Origin: an uncultured Alphaproteobacteria bacterium
GTDB taxonomy: Bacteria > Pseudomonadota > Alphaproteobacteria > Rhizobiales > Xanthobacteraceae
Reading direction: 5' to 3'
Assembly: GCA_963816295.1 (NCBI GenBank)
Contig: CAWFJS010000020.1
Span: forward strand, 3,646 to 67,645
Length of the DNA: 64,000 nt
The position numbers were made by a program, and so were the translations under genes. Below the pieces are notes generated by a model that did not search any database, had not been told where the DNA came from, and saw only the letters and a list, made by a program, of their open reading frames with translations. Positions 31,223-40,228 of this stretch are shown here, piece by piece. Within the stretch, counting starts at the first letter, position 1. Each line of letters opens with the position of its first letter.

Positions 31223-31252
31223 ATATCCGCTTTTGGAGTTAAAGCGGAAATC
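31223..31252 (-). repeat. variant REP unit (B class, inverse)
   Basis: ATATCCGCTTTTGGAGTTAAAGCGGAAATC. Confidence 0.55.
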
Positions 31253-31298
31253 GACGGGCGCCAATCGCGACATTGGAGCCGTCTTCAGGCTCCGACAA

Positions 31299-32228
31299 TC
31301 ACGGCGCTTTGACGATCTGCTTGCATGCGGGGGGCAAACCGGCCAGCGTCAGCGCCGGTTTCGGTTTGGGCGGCGGCGGATGCAGCGTCAATTCCTTGAA
31401 CCAGAAGTCGAGCTCGTGACCGCAGCCGTCGCTTGGGCGCGGCGGGGGCTGCGGTTTGCATTCCGCACCGCCCGCCGGACAGGCGATTTGGACATGAAAG
31501 TGCTCGGCGTGACCATACCAGGGACGCACCTTGAAAAGCCAAGCGCGATCAGCTCCAGCCTCGCGGCACAGCGCCTTCTTGATCGCGGCATTGACTAAGA
31601 TGCGGGTGACGGCCGGATCCTGCGCAGCGGTGCGGATGAGCTCGGTATGCCTATGGGTCCACACTTCCGGATCGACGTCGAGTAGATCGGGCGCGACCAC
31701 GTCGGTGGCCGAGCCGAACTCGCGCTCCTCGCGGCTTTGCACATGGTCTGGCATCGGCGTAAACCAAATATCGACGTCGAGGCCGACTTGATGGCTCTTG
31801 TGGTCGGAGAGCATCGGCCCGCCGCGCGGCTGCGACATGTCGCCGACCAGAAGACCGTTCCAGCCAACCTTTTTCGCGTTCTCGGCAAACCGTTCGATGA
31901 AACGAACGAGTTGCGGATGGCCCCAGTTGCGGTTACGCGACAGCCGCATGACTTGCCAGGTAGGTCCAGTGATCGGCAGCGGCACAGCGCCAGCGAGACA
32001 GCCGTCGAAATAGCCGCCGATCGAGCGCGGCGGCCCCGGAAACGGCGTCGATTTGCGCGCGAACAGTTCCTTGGCCGGCGTCGACGGCGCGTCCGGATTT
32101 TGCAGCGGCGGCAGAGGCTCGGGATTGAGCGAGCCGGGGGGCGTCGGGTCAATTAAGTGCTTTTCCTGCGCGACGGCAGAACCCGCGGCGAGGATGAGGA
32201 CGGCGAGCAGGCGAACGGTAGCGCGCAT
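31299..32228 (-). CDS. mepA: penicillin-insensitive murein endopeptidase
   Basis: Signal peptide; ..RNRNWGHPQLVRFIERFA..LLVGDMSQPRGGPMLSDHKSHQVGLDVDIWF..HAEHFHVQIACP. Confidence 0.85.
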   Translation of the reverse strand: MRATVRLLAVLILAAGSAVAQEKHLIDPTPPGSLNPEPLPPLQNPDAPSTPAKELFARKSTPFPGPPRSIGGYFDGCLAGAVPLPITGPTWQVMRLSRNRNWGHPQLVRFIERFAENAKKVGWNGLLVGDMSQPRGGPMLSDHKSHQVGLDVDIWFTPMPDHVQSREEREFGSATDVVAPDLLDVDPEVWTHRHTELIRTAAQDPAVTRILVNAAIKKALCREAGADRAWLFKVRPWYGHAEHFHVQIACPAGGAECKPQPPPRPSDGCGHELDFWFKELTLHPPPPKPKPALTLAGLPPACKQIVKAP

Positions 32229-32376
32229 CAGCCACTCTTCTTCTTATGGATCTGTGTCGCATTGGTGGCGCGGTAGGCGACGGCACGCGCCCGGCGCCGA
32301 TACGCCGGCCACGAGTCGCTCGCGCTGTCCGGTTGTGAAGAGGTCGCTGTCCTTGGCCGGGAGTTCAAGCAGAGCC

Positions 32377-32451
32377 GATGTCGCTTATTGGCACGGAGCG
32401 GACAAGCAAGCGCATCATCCGATGTCCGATATTGGGGTAAAAGCGGACATT
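32377..32451 (-). repeat. REP/BIME-like array, inverse (C-like, B)
   Basis: 32377-32404 GATGTCGCTTATTGGCACGGAGCGGACA; 32421-32451 GATGTCCGATATTGGGGTAAAAGCGGACATT. Confidence 0.8.
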
Positions 32452-32637
32452 GCTTGAACAACGGACTGGATCGGATTTGATCCAGAGCCGATATGTCGAG
32501 CAACTTGTGCGGCCGCAGCTCCATCGTGCACCTCCCGCGCAGGCCCGGGCGCTTTCAACATTCTTTAATTCCGAGGCGGTAAACCGGTTTCGTCACCACC
32601 TTATTCTGGAATTCCTGGGGTTTATCGGGGAGCTGCC

Positions 32638-33258
32638 GTGATGCTCAGTTTGCGAGTTGCGGCTATCGTCTGCGTGATGGCTGTCGTCGCCTCCGCATCT
32701 GTCATGGCCCAAACCACTGGGACTATTCCGCCTCCAGCGCCATCCTCTCAGCCTCCGCTGCCGCCGCCGACCGCAAACCAGTATTCGTCCAACGAAATAA
32801 TCGATGCCGGGCACCATTTTTTTGGCGCCGTATCACATGGTCTTGCCGAGGTAGTCGAGAAAGCGGTGAGCCAATGGGGCCTGCCGAACGGCTATATTCT
32901 TGGTGAAGAGGCGAGCGGCGCTTTTATCGGCGGCCTGCGCTATGGCGACGGCACGCTTTATACCAGAAATGCCGGTGACGTGCGCGTGTTCTGGGAAGGA
33001 CCGAGCCTCGGGTTCGATGCCGGCGCTGACGGTGCGCGGACTATGATGCTCGTCTACAACTTGCCGCAGACCGGGGCGATTTTTAATCGCTTCGGCGGCG
33101 TCAACGGATCGGCCTATCTCATTGGCGGTTTCGGCATGACGGCACTTAACGGAAACCATATGGTTGTGGTGCCAATCCGCTCAGGGATCGGTCTGCGACT
33201 TGGAGCTAATCTCGGCTGGCTTAAGTTCACCGACAGTCCCACTTGGAATCCGTTCTGA
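32638..33258 (+). CDS. DUF1134 (EipA-like) periplasmic protein
   Basis: Signal peptide; ..GLPNGYILGEEASGAFIGGLRYGDGTLY..GPSLGFDAGADGARTMMLVYNL..AYLIGGFGM. Confidence 0.8.
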   Translation: MMLSLRVAAIVCVMAVVASASVMAQTTGTIPPPAPSSQPPLPPPTANQYSSNEIIDAGHHFFGAVSHGLAEVVEKAVSQWGLPNGYILGEEASGAFIGGLRYGDGTLYTRNAGDVRVFWEGPSLGFDAGADGARTMMLVYNLPQTGAIFNRFGGVNGSAYLIGGFGMTALNGNHMVVVPIRSGIGLRLGANLGWLKFTDSPTWNPF

Positions 33259-33429
33259 TCGTAAGAGTGTTCAGCCGACCACAGCGCGGCTTAGATCTGG
33301 CCGATCGCACCCCGCGTTCGGCTGCGCGCCAGGTAGACCGCGCAAGTTTTGCCAAGGCATGTCATTAACGGAAAAGACCCTTCGCATCGAGGTTGCTCCA
33401 GGGTCCGTGAAATTCGTAATCGTTCCAAA

Positions 33430-33579
33430 TCAGTAGTCTTCTGAGCGCGTTTCTCGTTCGATTTTTTGCAACTTCTTGTCGCCGCGCACGCTTCCTAAAA
33501 TTGCGGCGAGCGCGATGACGATCAATCCGACAACGCACAGGCTAAGAGCGACAGTGAAGAATAGGAAAAGGAATGCCAT
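33430..33579 (-). CDS. possible 49-aa membrane peptide (below ORF-track cutoff)
   Basis: My translation: MAFLFLFFTVALSLCVVGLIVIALAAILGSVRGDKKLQKIERETRSEDY; weak SD. Confidence 0.3.
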   Translation of the reverse strand: MAFLFLFFTVALSLCVVGLIVIALAAILGSVRGDKKLQKIERETRSEDY

Positions 33580-33703
33580 CCCTAAAACCTAATCACTTTC
33601 ACCGAGGTAGAAAAGAAACAATGACCAAATATTTTCAGACGGAGCTAACCCGTGGGCCTTCAATGGGGTAGGCAGCCTAGTGGGGGGCGCTTCGGTCGGT
33701 CTA

Positions 33704-33833
33704 ACAAACAGAAAAGGCCGGCTAGCGGCGGCTCTTCGTGAATTTCAGTTTTGCTGTTTTCAGGCGACCGCTTGCGCCTTCCGCTTCCTACTCCAGCCAA
33801 GCAGACCCAAAGTTCCCGAACCGACGTGCCGGC
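33704..33833 (-). repeat. 3' gene-end remnant: CTERM-sorting-like tail plus hairpin (copy 1)
   Basis: Minus strand encodes ..GSGTLGLLGWSRKRKAQAVA*; about 130 bp alignable to 58928-59060. Confidence 0.65.
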
Positions 33834-33909
33834 GAATGTCCCCTTTCAGGGGTAAAGCGGACATCGCAATTTGATCGCGCCATGTCCGCTTCTGACCCGA
33901 AAGCGACAC
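33834..33909 (-). repeat. REP/BIME-like array, inverse (B, A)
   Basis: 33834-33865 GAATGTCCCCTTTCAGGGGTAAAGCGGACATC; 33882-33909 ATGTCCGCTTCTGACCCGAAAGCGACAC. Confidence 0.85.
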
Positions 33910-33921
33910 TCGCGCGGGCTG

Positions 33922-34665
33922 CTAGAACGTGAAGAGAACCGCGACATACCAGTCCAACCGATCGTTTGCCTGGGCATTCTCGATACCGCGCGCCAGGTAA
34001 CCTAGAAGATGATAACGGTCATTTAAATCGTAGCGAATGCCGGTGCCGATCGAGGTTGTTGCCGAGCCGCCGTGTATGTCTGCCGTTTGGTGAAAGATTT
34101 CTATGCCAACTTGGACATTCGAGGTGATCTGGTTGGTGACGACCAACCCAGCGAGACAAAAATCTTGAGAGTTTCCCCCTCGGTTTAATTCACATCCGCC
34201 GCCACCGAACGCCGACCATTTGTCCCAATCTTTTTGCAGCCATACCGGAAAGAGGAACGAGCCGTGCGACTGACCGATGTTTGCAGATGCGCTTGGCAGG
34301 AAAACCCGCGGGAAAATGGCGACGTCAACTCCGGCAGTCGCCTGAGTGAGAAACCGGTACTTCGCCGCGAGCTCTACGTTGCTCAACCCGGCCTGTGCCT
34401 GGCCGCCGCTGGGAAACGCGTAACCCACCGGAACCGTGGCTGTAAGTTGAAGATTTGGCGCGCCGCCGTAGTTGAAATCGATGCCACCGGCGCCGCTGGT
34501 GCCATCCTGAGCCGCGATACCATTGGTGAATGCGTAGATTTCGTAATGCCGGTAGTCGGTGGGTTCCGGATCATCGGAGCGGTACGGCGGTCCAGCAGAT
34601 GCTGTAATTGTGAATGCCACTAGCAAAGTGCCAGCGAGGGGCAATCCCTCCAAACTACTCCGCAT
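33922..34665 (-). CDS. outer-membrane beta-barrel protein (MetA-pathway/transporter-like)
   Basis: Signal peptide, alternating-hydrophobic strands, C-terminal ..YVAVLFTF. Confidence 0.6.
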   Translation of the reverse strand: MRSSLEGLPLAGTLLVAFTITASAGPPYRSDDPEPTDYRHYEIYAFTNGIAAQDGTSGAGGIDFNYGGAPNLQLTATVPVGYAFPSGGQAQAGLSNVELAAKYRFLTQATAGVDVAIFPRVFLPSASANIGQSHGSFLFPVWLQKDWDKWSAFGGGGCELNRGGNSQDFCLAGLVVTNQITSNVQVGIEIFHQTADIHGGSATTSIGTGIRYDLNDRYHLLGYLARGIENAQANDRLDWYVAVLFTF

Positions 34666-34846
34666 GTGATGCCTTCGATGTCAGCGCGAACACGCTGATT
34701 AGAAGCATTCTTACTATCACATGTCGGCGAGTAACGCTCTTGGCATGCGTTCAAACTTGCGCTGTGTTCACAATTGAATATCTAACGAGCTTCGGTCCCA
34801 CTACTTGAACTCCCTTCCACCAACCTGAGTGAACGTGAGGTTGTGC

Positions 34847-35620
34847 ATGCTTCGTACCGTTGACCGGTATGCGAGTAAAGTTCCCGAAGTAACCTTGGTG
34901 TTTTGGATTATCAAGATTGCAGCAACCACTCTCGGCGAGACCGGCGGCGACAGCGTCACTATGACGCTGAATTGGGGGTACCTCACAGGGACCGCGATAT
35001 TCTTCTCGCTGCTGATTGTCCTTGTTCTCATTCAAATCGCCGCGGCCCGCTTTCATCCATTCATTTACTGGGCAACGATCGTGGCATCGACAACAGCGGG
35101 AACGACAATGGCCGACTTTGCCGACCGGTCGTTGGGTATTGGCTATGCGGGCGGATCGGCCCTGCTGTTTGCTTGTGTGCTGATCGCGCTTGGCGCTTGG
35201 TATTGGACGCTCGGTTCAATATCGGTCACGACTGTCACCTCCCCGAAAGCGGAAGTATTTTATTGGCTGACCATCACGTTCTCACAAACGCTCGGAACGG
35301 CGCTTGGGGATTGGATGGCGGACAATACGGGCCTTGGCTATGGCAGAGGGGCGATCGTATTTGGCGCGGGTTTGGCGATCCTTGCCGCTGCCTATTATTG
35401 GACGAAGGTCTCGCGCGTCTTCTTATTCTGGGCAGCCTTCATACTAACGCGGCCACTTGGCGCCACAGTCGGTGACTTCCTTGACAAGCCGATCAAGGAC
35501 GGAGGTATGGCGCTCAGTCGACCGCTCGCAACCGCAGTCATCGCCGTGTTTATAATTGGATGTATTCTGCTATTGCCTCAGAAAGCGGGCACGCATCCCG
35601 GCCGTTCCGAAACTAGCTAG
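34847..35620 (+). CDS. COG4705-type integral membrane protein
   Basis: KVPEVTLVFWIIKIAATTLGETGGD and repeated ..TLGTALGDW.. / ..PLGATVGDF.. motifs. Confidence 0.7.
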   Translation: MLRTVDRYASKVPEVTLVFWIIKIAATTLGETGGDSVTMTLNWGYLTGTAIFFSLLIVLVLIQIAAARFHPFIYWATIVASTTAGTTMADFADRSLGIGYAGGSALLFACVLIALGAWYWTLGSISVTTVTSPKAEVFYWLTITFSQTLGTALGDWMADNTGLGYGRGAIVFGAGLAILAAAYYWTKVSRVFLFWAAFILTRPLGATVGDFLDKPIKDGGMALSRPLATAVIAVFIIGCILLLPQKAGTHPGRSETS

Positions 35621-35628
35621 ACAGCGAT

Positions 35629-36000
35629 TTAATCGGTATCGGCGAACGAGGTCTCTTCCACCGGTGGAAAAGGTTTGTCTGGATAGGCTGTGAAGCTCGA
35701 CGCGTAGCCCCACATGATAACGTTTGGGCCGTCGTCGGGCACAAGCTGAACTTGCCAAGGCCCATAGGGCGGCGCGATGGCGTCGGACAAAATTACCTTC
35801 ACCCCTCGACCAGCTCTCATGCAGCCCAGTTGCCACACCCGCTGAGCCTCGTCGCGATTTGCCGCCACAATGGCCTTGCGCAATTGAAACGGGGTGGTGC
35901 ACAGGACAGCGCCGTGCACGGTACGGGTGCCCACGTCGCTGGCACCCACTTGGCGCGGGGCAAGGCCAATAACAATAGCAAGCGGTAGAACGCTCCTCAT
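35629..36000 (-). CDS. secreted hypothetical protein
   Basis: MRSVLPLAIVIGLAPRQVGA signal-like start. Confidence 0.5.
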   Translation of the reverse strand: MRSVLPLAIVIGLAPRQVGASDVGTRTVHGAVLCTTPFQLRKAIVAANRDEAQRVWQLGCMRAGRGVKVILSDAIAPPYGPWQVQLVPDDGPNVIMWGYASSFTAYPDKPFPPVEETSFADTD

Positions 36001-36082
36001 GATTAGAAATCTAACTTTCTTCCGGCAACGCATCAACGATGAAGCCGGCCACCACCAACAGCAGGCTCGTCGTTAAAATGGC

Positions 36083-36111
36083 GATGTCTGCTTAGAGGGG
36101 TGAAGCAGATG
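36083..36111 (-). repeat. REP unit (B class, inverse, variant)
   Basis: GATGTCTGCTTAGAGGGGTGAAGCAGATG. Confidence 0.6.
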
Positions 36112-36176
36112 ACTATGTGCCGAAACCTTTCAGTCCGCGCCAATTGCTGGCGAAAATTCGACAGCTCATGCCTCGA
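36099..36176 (+). pseudogene. 3' remnant of a response-regulator gene
   Basis: Encodes G(E)ADDYVPKPFSPRQLLAKIRQLMP, compare DDYVPKPFSPRELLAKIRQYLPE at the end of CDS 7143-7511. Confidence 0.45.
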
Positions 36177-36190
36177 CAGGTCACGATCGA

Positions 36191-36325
36191 TTGCTGCACT
36201 GCACATGTCGCCTTTTGGCCCTAAGCGGACATTCTGACTGCCGCAATGAATGTCCGCTATTGGAGGTAAAGCGGACATCGCAATTTGAGAGCGTCACGTC
36301 CGCTTTTGGACCCACAGCGGACATC
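36191..36325 (-). repeat. REP/BIME-like array, full inverse order (tail-C, B, A)
   Basis: 36191-36233 TTGCTGCACTGCACATGTCGCCTTTTGGCCCTAAGCGGACATT; 36248-36279 GAATGTCCGCTATTGGAGGTAAAGCGGACATC; 36296-36325 ACGTCCGCTTTTGGACCCACAGCGGACATC. Confidence 0.9.
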
Positions 36326-36370
36326 AGTGAATGACCTCTTGTGATCGGAATGCAAAGCACGCGATCCGCA

Positions 36371-36604
36371 TTACCGTCGGGGCGACCTAGGCGCGACCTT
36401 CCGGGATGACTTAGAGGGGTTTGCAGGAACTTTTGTCGGTTTGTATCTGCCGAGGGCGAAAAGCGCCTCCTGAAACCGCTGCTCCGATTGGCCGCAGCCT
36501 AATTGCTTTGCAGCCTTCTGGAAGGCTTTCACCACATCCCGTGGATTAGCTTTGGTTATGCCGGCCATATTCAAAACAATCGCGCTATTGATCTCCCATT
36601 TCAA
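36371..36604 (-). CDS. hypothetical small protein
   Basis: 77-aa ORF in an AT-richer patch. Confidence 0.35.
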   Translation of the reverse strand: MKWEINSAIVLNMAGITKANPRDVVKAFQKAAKQLGCGQSEQRFQEALFALGRYKPTKVPANPSKSSRKVAPRSPRR

Positions 36605-36670
36605 GAGAGCCGTTTTTTAGAATGTATCTAAAAGTCTTGCGCAGGGAAAAGTTGACAAACTTGAACGTAG

Positions 36671-37051
36671 ATGGACGATGATTTTTCGTTCGTCGGACTG
36701 AGAAACTTCAACGTGCCGAAAAGAAAATATTCTTGCTGCATTAGAATCGTGCGAGAGAAGGACAAGGAAAATGACCAAACTAAATTAGTCCTGTTCATCA
36801 AAGGACGGCAGGTGGACACTCCCACTCAAAAGCACACGGCGCTACTGGCCTGTCTCCACGAAAATCAGGGACACATCGTTTCTTATATGCAGCTAGGTCT
36901 GATACTCGGGCACAAGTCATTTCGAAAGCCGCAACGGCACGTTCTCCGGCAATATGTGTCGTGGATCGGTAAGACTTTGGCCGCACATCGAGCATTGTGC
37001 ATGCTCGCCGTAGCTCCCGATATTGGCTACGTACTTTGCGGGCACAAATAG
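36671..37051 (+). CDS. possible winged-helix (OmpR/PhoB C-terminal-like) DNA-binding protein
   Basis: ..TALLACLHENQGHIVSYMQLGLILG..VLRQYVSWIGKTL....PDIGYVL resembles Trans_reg_C spacing; AT-richer region. Confidence 0.35.
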   Translation: MDDDFSFVGLRNFNVPKRKYSCCIRIVREKDKENDQTKLVLFIKGRQVDTPTQKHTALLACLHENQGHIVSYMQLGLILGHKSFRKPQRHVLRQYVSWIGKTLAAHRALCMLAVAPDIGYVLCGHK

Positions 37052-37075
37052 GCAGACATCCTGATCGCGTGGACG

Positions 37076-37104
37076 AATGTCCGCTTGTGACCCAAAACGG
37101 ACAC
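37076..37104 (-). repeat. solitary REP unit (A class, inverse)
   Basis: AATGTCCGCTTGTGACCCAAAACGGACAC. Confidence 0.75.
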
Positions 37105-37184
37105 CAACGGTCCGAATTTGCCGTGATGCACAATGCAGCCTCACCCATGGTTCAATAGGGTAGTATCGGCCTCAAGGACTACCG

Positions 37185-37802
37185 ATGAAGCGGCGCAAAT
37201 TCATTGCATTGACCGGATTCGTTGCGGCGACGTGGCCGCTTGCGGCGCGCGCGCAGCAGCCAGAGCGAATGCGGGTGGTGGGCGTGCTGATGGGTTTTTC
37301 GGAACAGGCTGGGCAATCTCTGGTCACGACGTTTCGGGGCGCGCTCAGGACGATAGGGTGGGTTGAAGGAACAAATCTCAGGCTCGAACTTCGGTGGGGC
37401 GCCGGTGACGCCGGCAGGATCGGGACGTTCGCAAAAGAACTCGTCGATCTGCACCCGGATGCGATCCTCGCTCAGACGACTCCTGTCGCCGTAGCAATTG
37501 CCCATGAGACAAAGGCAATTCCGATTGTGTTCGTAACTGTGTCAGATCCGATCGGCAGCGGTCTTGCTGCCAGCGTTACGCACCCCGGTAGCAATATTAC
37601 CGGTTTCACGTTTGTCAAATCCGCAATGGGCGGCAAATGGGTGGAGTTATTGAAGGAGATAGCCCCGCGGACAATGCGCACGGCGCTTTTGTTCAACCCG
37701 GCAACAGCTCCGCCGCTGCAATTCTACGTGCCTTCTATACAAGCTGCCGCGTCCTCCTTTGCCGTCGAGGTGAGCACCGCCCCAGTGCAAGGCCCGAACT
37801 AA
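37185..37802 (+). pseudogene. 3'-truncated orphan substrate-binding protein (PF04392-like)
   Basis: MKRRKFIALTGFVAATWPLAARAQQ..HPGSNITGF.. stops after about 205 of roughly 325 expected residues; no C-terminal block downstream. Confidence 0.7.
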
Positions 37803-38207
37803 TTGAGGAGGCCGCTTCCGACTGCAACGCATTACCATCACGCGCCTGGATTCGATCATTACGTGACCCAGCTTCTTTGGCAAACACCTCGTCCCCTCTC
37901 CCTAAAATGGCACTTACTGCCGAGAAATCTCGACTGCTCAGGTAGGACGATGGTTAGGATGGAAGCGCAGGCACAACGCCGATCCCCGGCGAGCCCCGCA
38001 CTAAACCTGAAGCTATTTATAGTTGCGCGATTTCGACCGTCCCGCAAGATTTCCTTGCCACCTGGATCAATGATCCAATGCCGATACAACGCACCAGCGT
38101 CTTAGTCGTCGCTAAACAGGGTCGGTCATGGCCATCGCGCAGGGCGAATTGGCGGTAGCGGGTTGCACGGCCCCTGCGCCGCCACAAACGGTCATGAAGA
38201 TCATAAC

Positions 38208-38293
38208 GACGCTGTAGCTCAAGGGGGATAGAGCGTCCTTGTTCTCGCCGGGGCGGGGGGAGGTTGCGGGTTCAAGTCCCGTCAGCGTCACCA
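38208..38293 (+). tRNA. tRNA-like sequence with aberrant anticodon region (possible tRNA pseudogene)
   Basis: Perfect 7-bp acceptor GACGCTG/CAGCGTC, D arm GCTC-AAGGGGGATA-GAGC, T arm GCGGG-TTCAAGT-CCCGT, A73 and encoded CCA; the 31 nt between D and T arms contain no clean 5-bp anticodon stem. Confidence 0.5.
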
Positions 38294-38428
38294 TATCAAT
38301 GAAGAAAGAACGCTTGGCAGTGGTGCGGCACTAACTAAGCATCGCCAGCGTTGGCGCCGCCCATGCAACTCTCGTGCTTGCACTTGCACGATGGGGACGA
38401 CCTCCTTGGAGCACCACAGTCTTAGTCG

Positions 38429-38482
38429 CACCGCCGACGAAATGCGGGAAGAATATCTTCGTCTCGTGCTGGGCGAATGAAT
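38429..38482 (+). repeat. about 55-bp direct repeat, copy 1 (3' gene-end remnant)
   Basis: CGCACCGCCGACGAAATGCGGGAAGAATATCTTCGTCTCGTGCTGGGCGAATGA encodes ..ADEMREEYLRLVLGE*. Confidence 0.7.
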
Positions 38483-38493
38483 TCAGTTGCGAG

Positions 38494-38775
38494 CTATTCA
38501 CAAACTCTAACCGAAGGGTAAGTCCAAACGCCCCGATATTCATCCCATACCGGTTCTCCACGTGCCCAATAGCAGTAAGGCGCGGGAGCTACATAGACCG
38601 GTGGCGGCGGATAGTAGCGTGGGGCGGTGGCTGCGGCCCCGATAATCGTTCCTACCGCAAGCCCACCTATGAGCCCCGCGCCCAAATCTCCGCCGCCTGC
38701 ACGGGCTGGAAGAGTCGCTGCAACAGTCAACGCTAGGGATGTCACCAGTGCTGGCGCGATCAAGAACATTTTCAT
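38494..38775 (-). CDS. small secreted Gly/Pro/Tyr-rich protein
   Basis: MKMFLIAPALVTSLALTVAATLPARA signal peptide; ..PRYYPPPPVYVAPAPYCYWARGEPVW.. Confidence 0.5.
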   Translation of the reverse strand: MKMFLIAPALVTSLALTVAATLPARAGGGDLGAGLIGGLAVGTIIGAAATAPRYYPPPPVYVAPAPYCYWARGEPVWDEYRGVWTYPSVRVCE

Positions 38776-39033
38776 TTTAGATGCCCGCCCGTCAGGCCAG
38801 ACGGGCCCATGTTGAAGGAAGCCCCGACGCAAATGGATGGCGGGATAGCGCCGGAGCTTCCTATGTGCCCAGGCCGGCAGACCGATCCGGCCCAGAAGAC
38901 CCTATCGGGAAGTTGGTATCAGAAGGGTTAAGTGCGGTCCGTTGAATGAGGCGCCAGTCGCCACTCCCAAGGCGATAATTTTAAGTGGCGGTAAATACGG
39001 TGAGGCGGCAGAAGCGGCGGTTTCCGTTATCAA

Positions 39034-39084
39034 CTCCGGCAGCTTGGCGATGTTCACCGCGATCCTTCGCGCCTCATCGCGAGT
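39034..39084 (-). repeat. LPELL-family fragment R6
   Basis: Minus strand encodes TRDEARRIAVNIAKLPE. Confidence 0.75.
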
Positions 39085-39199
39085 TCGCGGCGATCCAATC
39101 CAATAGTGACGGATAGCAGTATTCCCTCGAAAAGAGCCGCAATAAAGCCGCGATACATCTGCTCAAATCGTAACTACCACCGAAGTACGGAAACGTGCG

Positions 39200-39922
39200 A
39201 TGAACCCCGCTGATGAAGACGCTGCGAATCCAGATGCGGTAGATTCTGGTGAAAAGTCAGACCAACAATTACGCGCCATTCTCGAAAACTTACAACGGGT
39301 AGGCCGTCAGCGGAATGAGGAGGATGAGCCAATGGAGAGGGATGACCTTCATTCCGGTTTCACTCGCCTCGACTGGGAGGCTTCGGAGCGCAGGGCACTT
39401 TATGATCGTCTCGGAGCAATCGAAAACGAGATGAAAAGGCAAGGCTCACGAGGGTTCGCCCGCTTCTTGGTCGCTATTTGTATTGGTGTTGGCGCCACCT
39501 TGGCTTGGCAATCTTACGGCGATGCAATCAAGCAAATAATCGCAGTAAGGGCACCGGAACTTGGTTGGTCACCACAGGCCAAGCAAATGATCGCGAGCTG
39601 GACGCTTGGCTGGACGAAGCCACCGGCCAGTCCCGAAAAAATTGCTCCGGAGACTGTCGCGCCGAAAGCTCCTTCCGCCCCCTCACTCGACCCGGCGCAG
39701 GTGCAGCAGATAACGCAGAGTCTCTCAGCGGTGCGGGAAACCCTCCAGGAACTCGCGGGCGGTCAAAACTCGATGGCGCGTGACATCGGCAGGCTGGAGT
39801 CCGCCGTCGCGGAAATACTTTTGAAAACCCCAGAGCCACCGCCGCAGCCCCCCGCAGCCCCCGCGCGCAAGCCCCCGGCGTCGCCATCGTCGTCACGGGC
39901 ACCAACGCCACCGCGGCAGTAA
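39200..39922 (+). CDS. hypothetical single-TM protein with Pro-rich C-terminus
   Basis: 240-aa ORF; TM FLVAICIGVGATLAWQ; C-terminal PEPPPQPPAAPARKPPASP. Confidence 0.6.
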   Translation: MNPADEDAANPDAVDSGEKSDQQLRAILENLQRVGRQRNEEDEPMERDDLHSGFTRLDWEASERRALYDRLGAIENEMKRQGSRGFARFLVAICIGVGATLAWQSYGDAIKQIIAVRAPELGWSPQAKQMIASWTLGWTKPPASPEKIAPETVAPKAPSAPSLDPAQVQQITQSLSAVRETLQELAGGQNSMARDIGRLESAVAEILLKTPEPPPQPPAAPARKPPASPSSSRAPTPPRQ

Positions 39923-39997
39923 GCAATTTCGGATTGTCTTGCCGCTCATGCTGCCCAAACGCATCGTTTGCAGAACTGGTGCGGCTCTCGCGAACGA

Positions 39998-40053
39998 GCA
40001 TCGCCGACGAAATGCGGGATGAACATCGTCGTCGCGTGCTAGCCGATGAATGA
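39998..40053 (+). repeat. about 55-bp direct repeat, copy 2
   Basis: GCATCGCCGACGAAATGCGGGATGAACATCGTCGTCGCGTGCTAGCCGATGAATGA encodes ..ADEMRDEHRRRVLADE*. Confidence 0.7.
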
Positions 40054-40228
40054 CCTCACCGGTTCAGTCGAGACACTCGGGACTGATTCATTCGGCCCTG
40101 ATTGAAGGGAAACCGATGTTCAGCTCCGACGAGCACCGCCGTGCGTTTTTTAAATCGTGGATAGGTGTGTTTGGGCGGCTGGTTTTTAGGCGTACCCTTT
40201 GGGATCTGATTCTTGAAGGGGGCCGGAG

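Noticed and set aside
38112-38294. 60-aa minus-strand ORF
   Set aside because: It is the reverse complement of the tRNA-like sequence and its flank.
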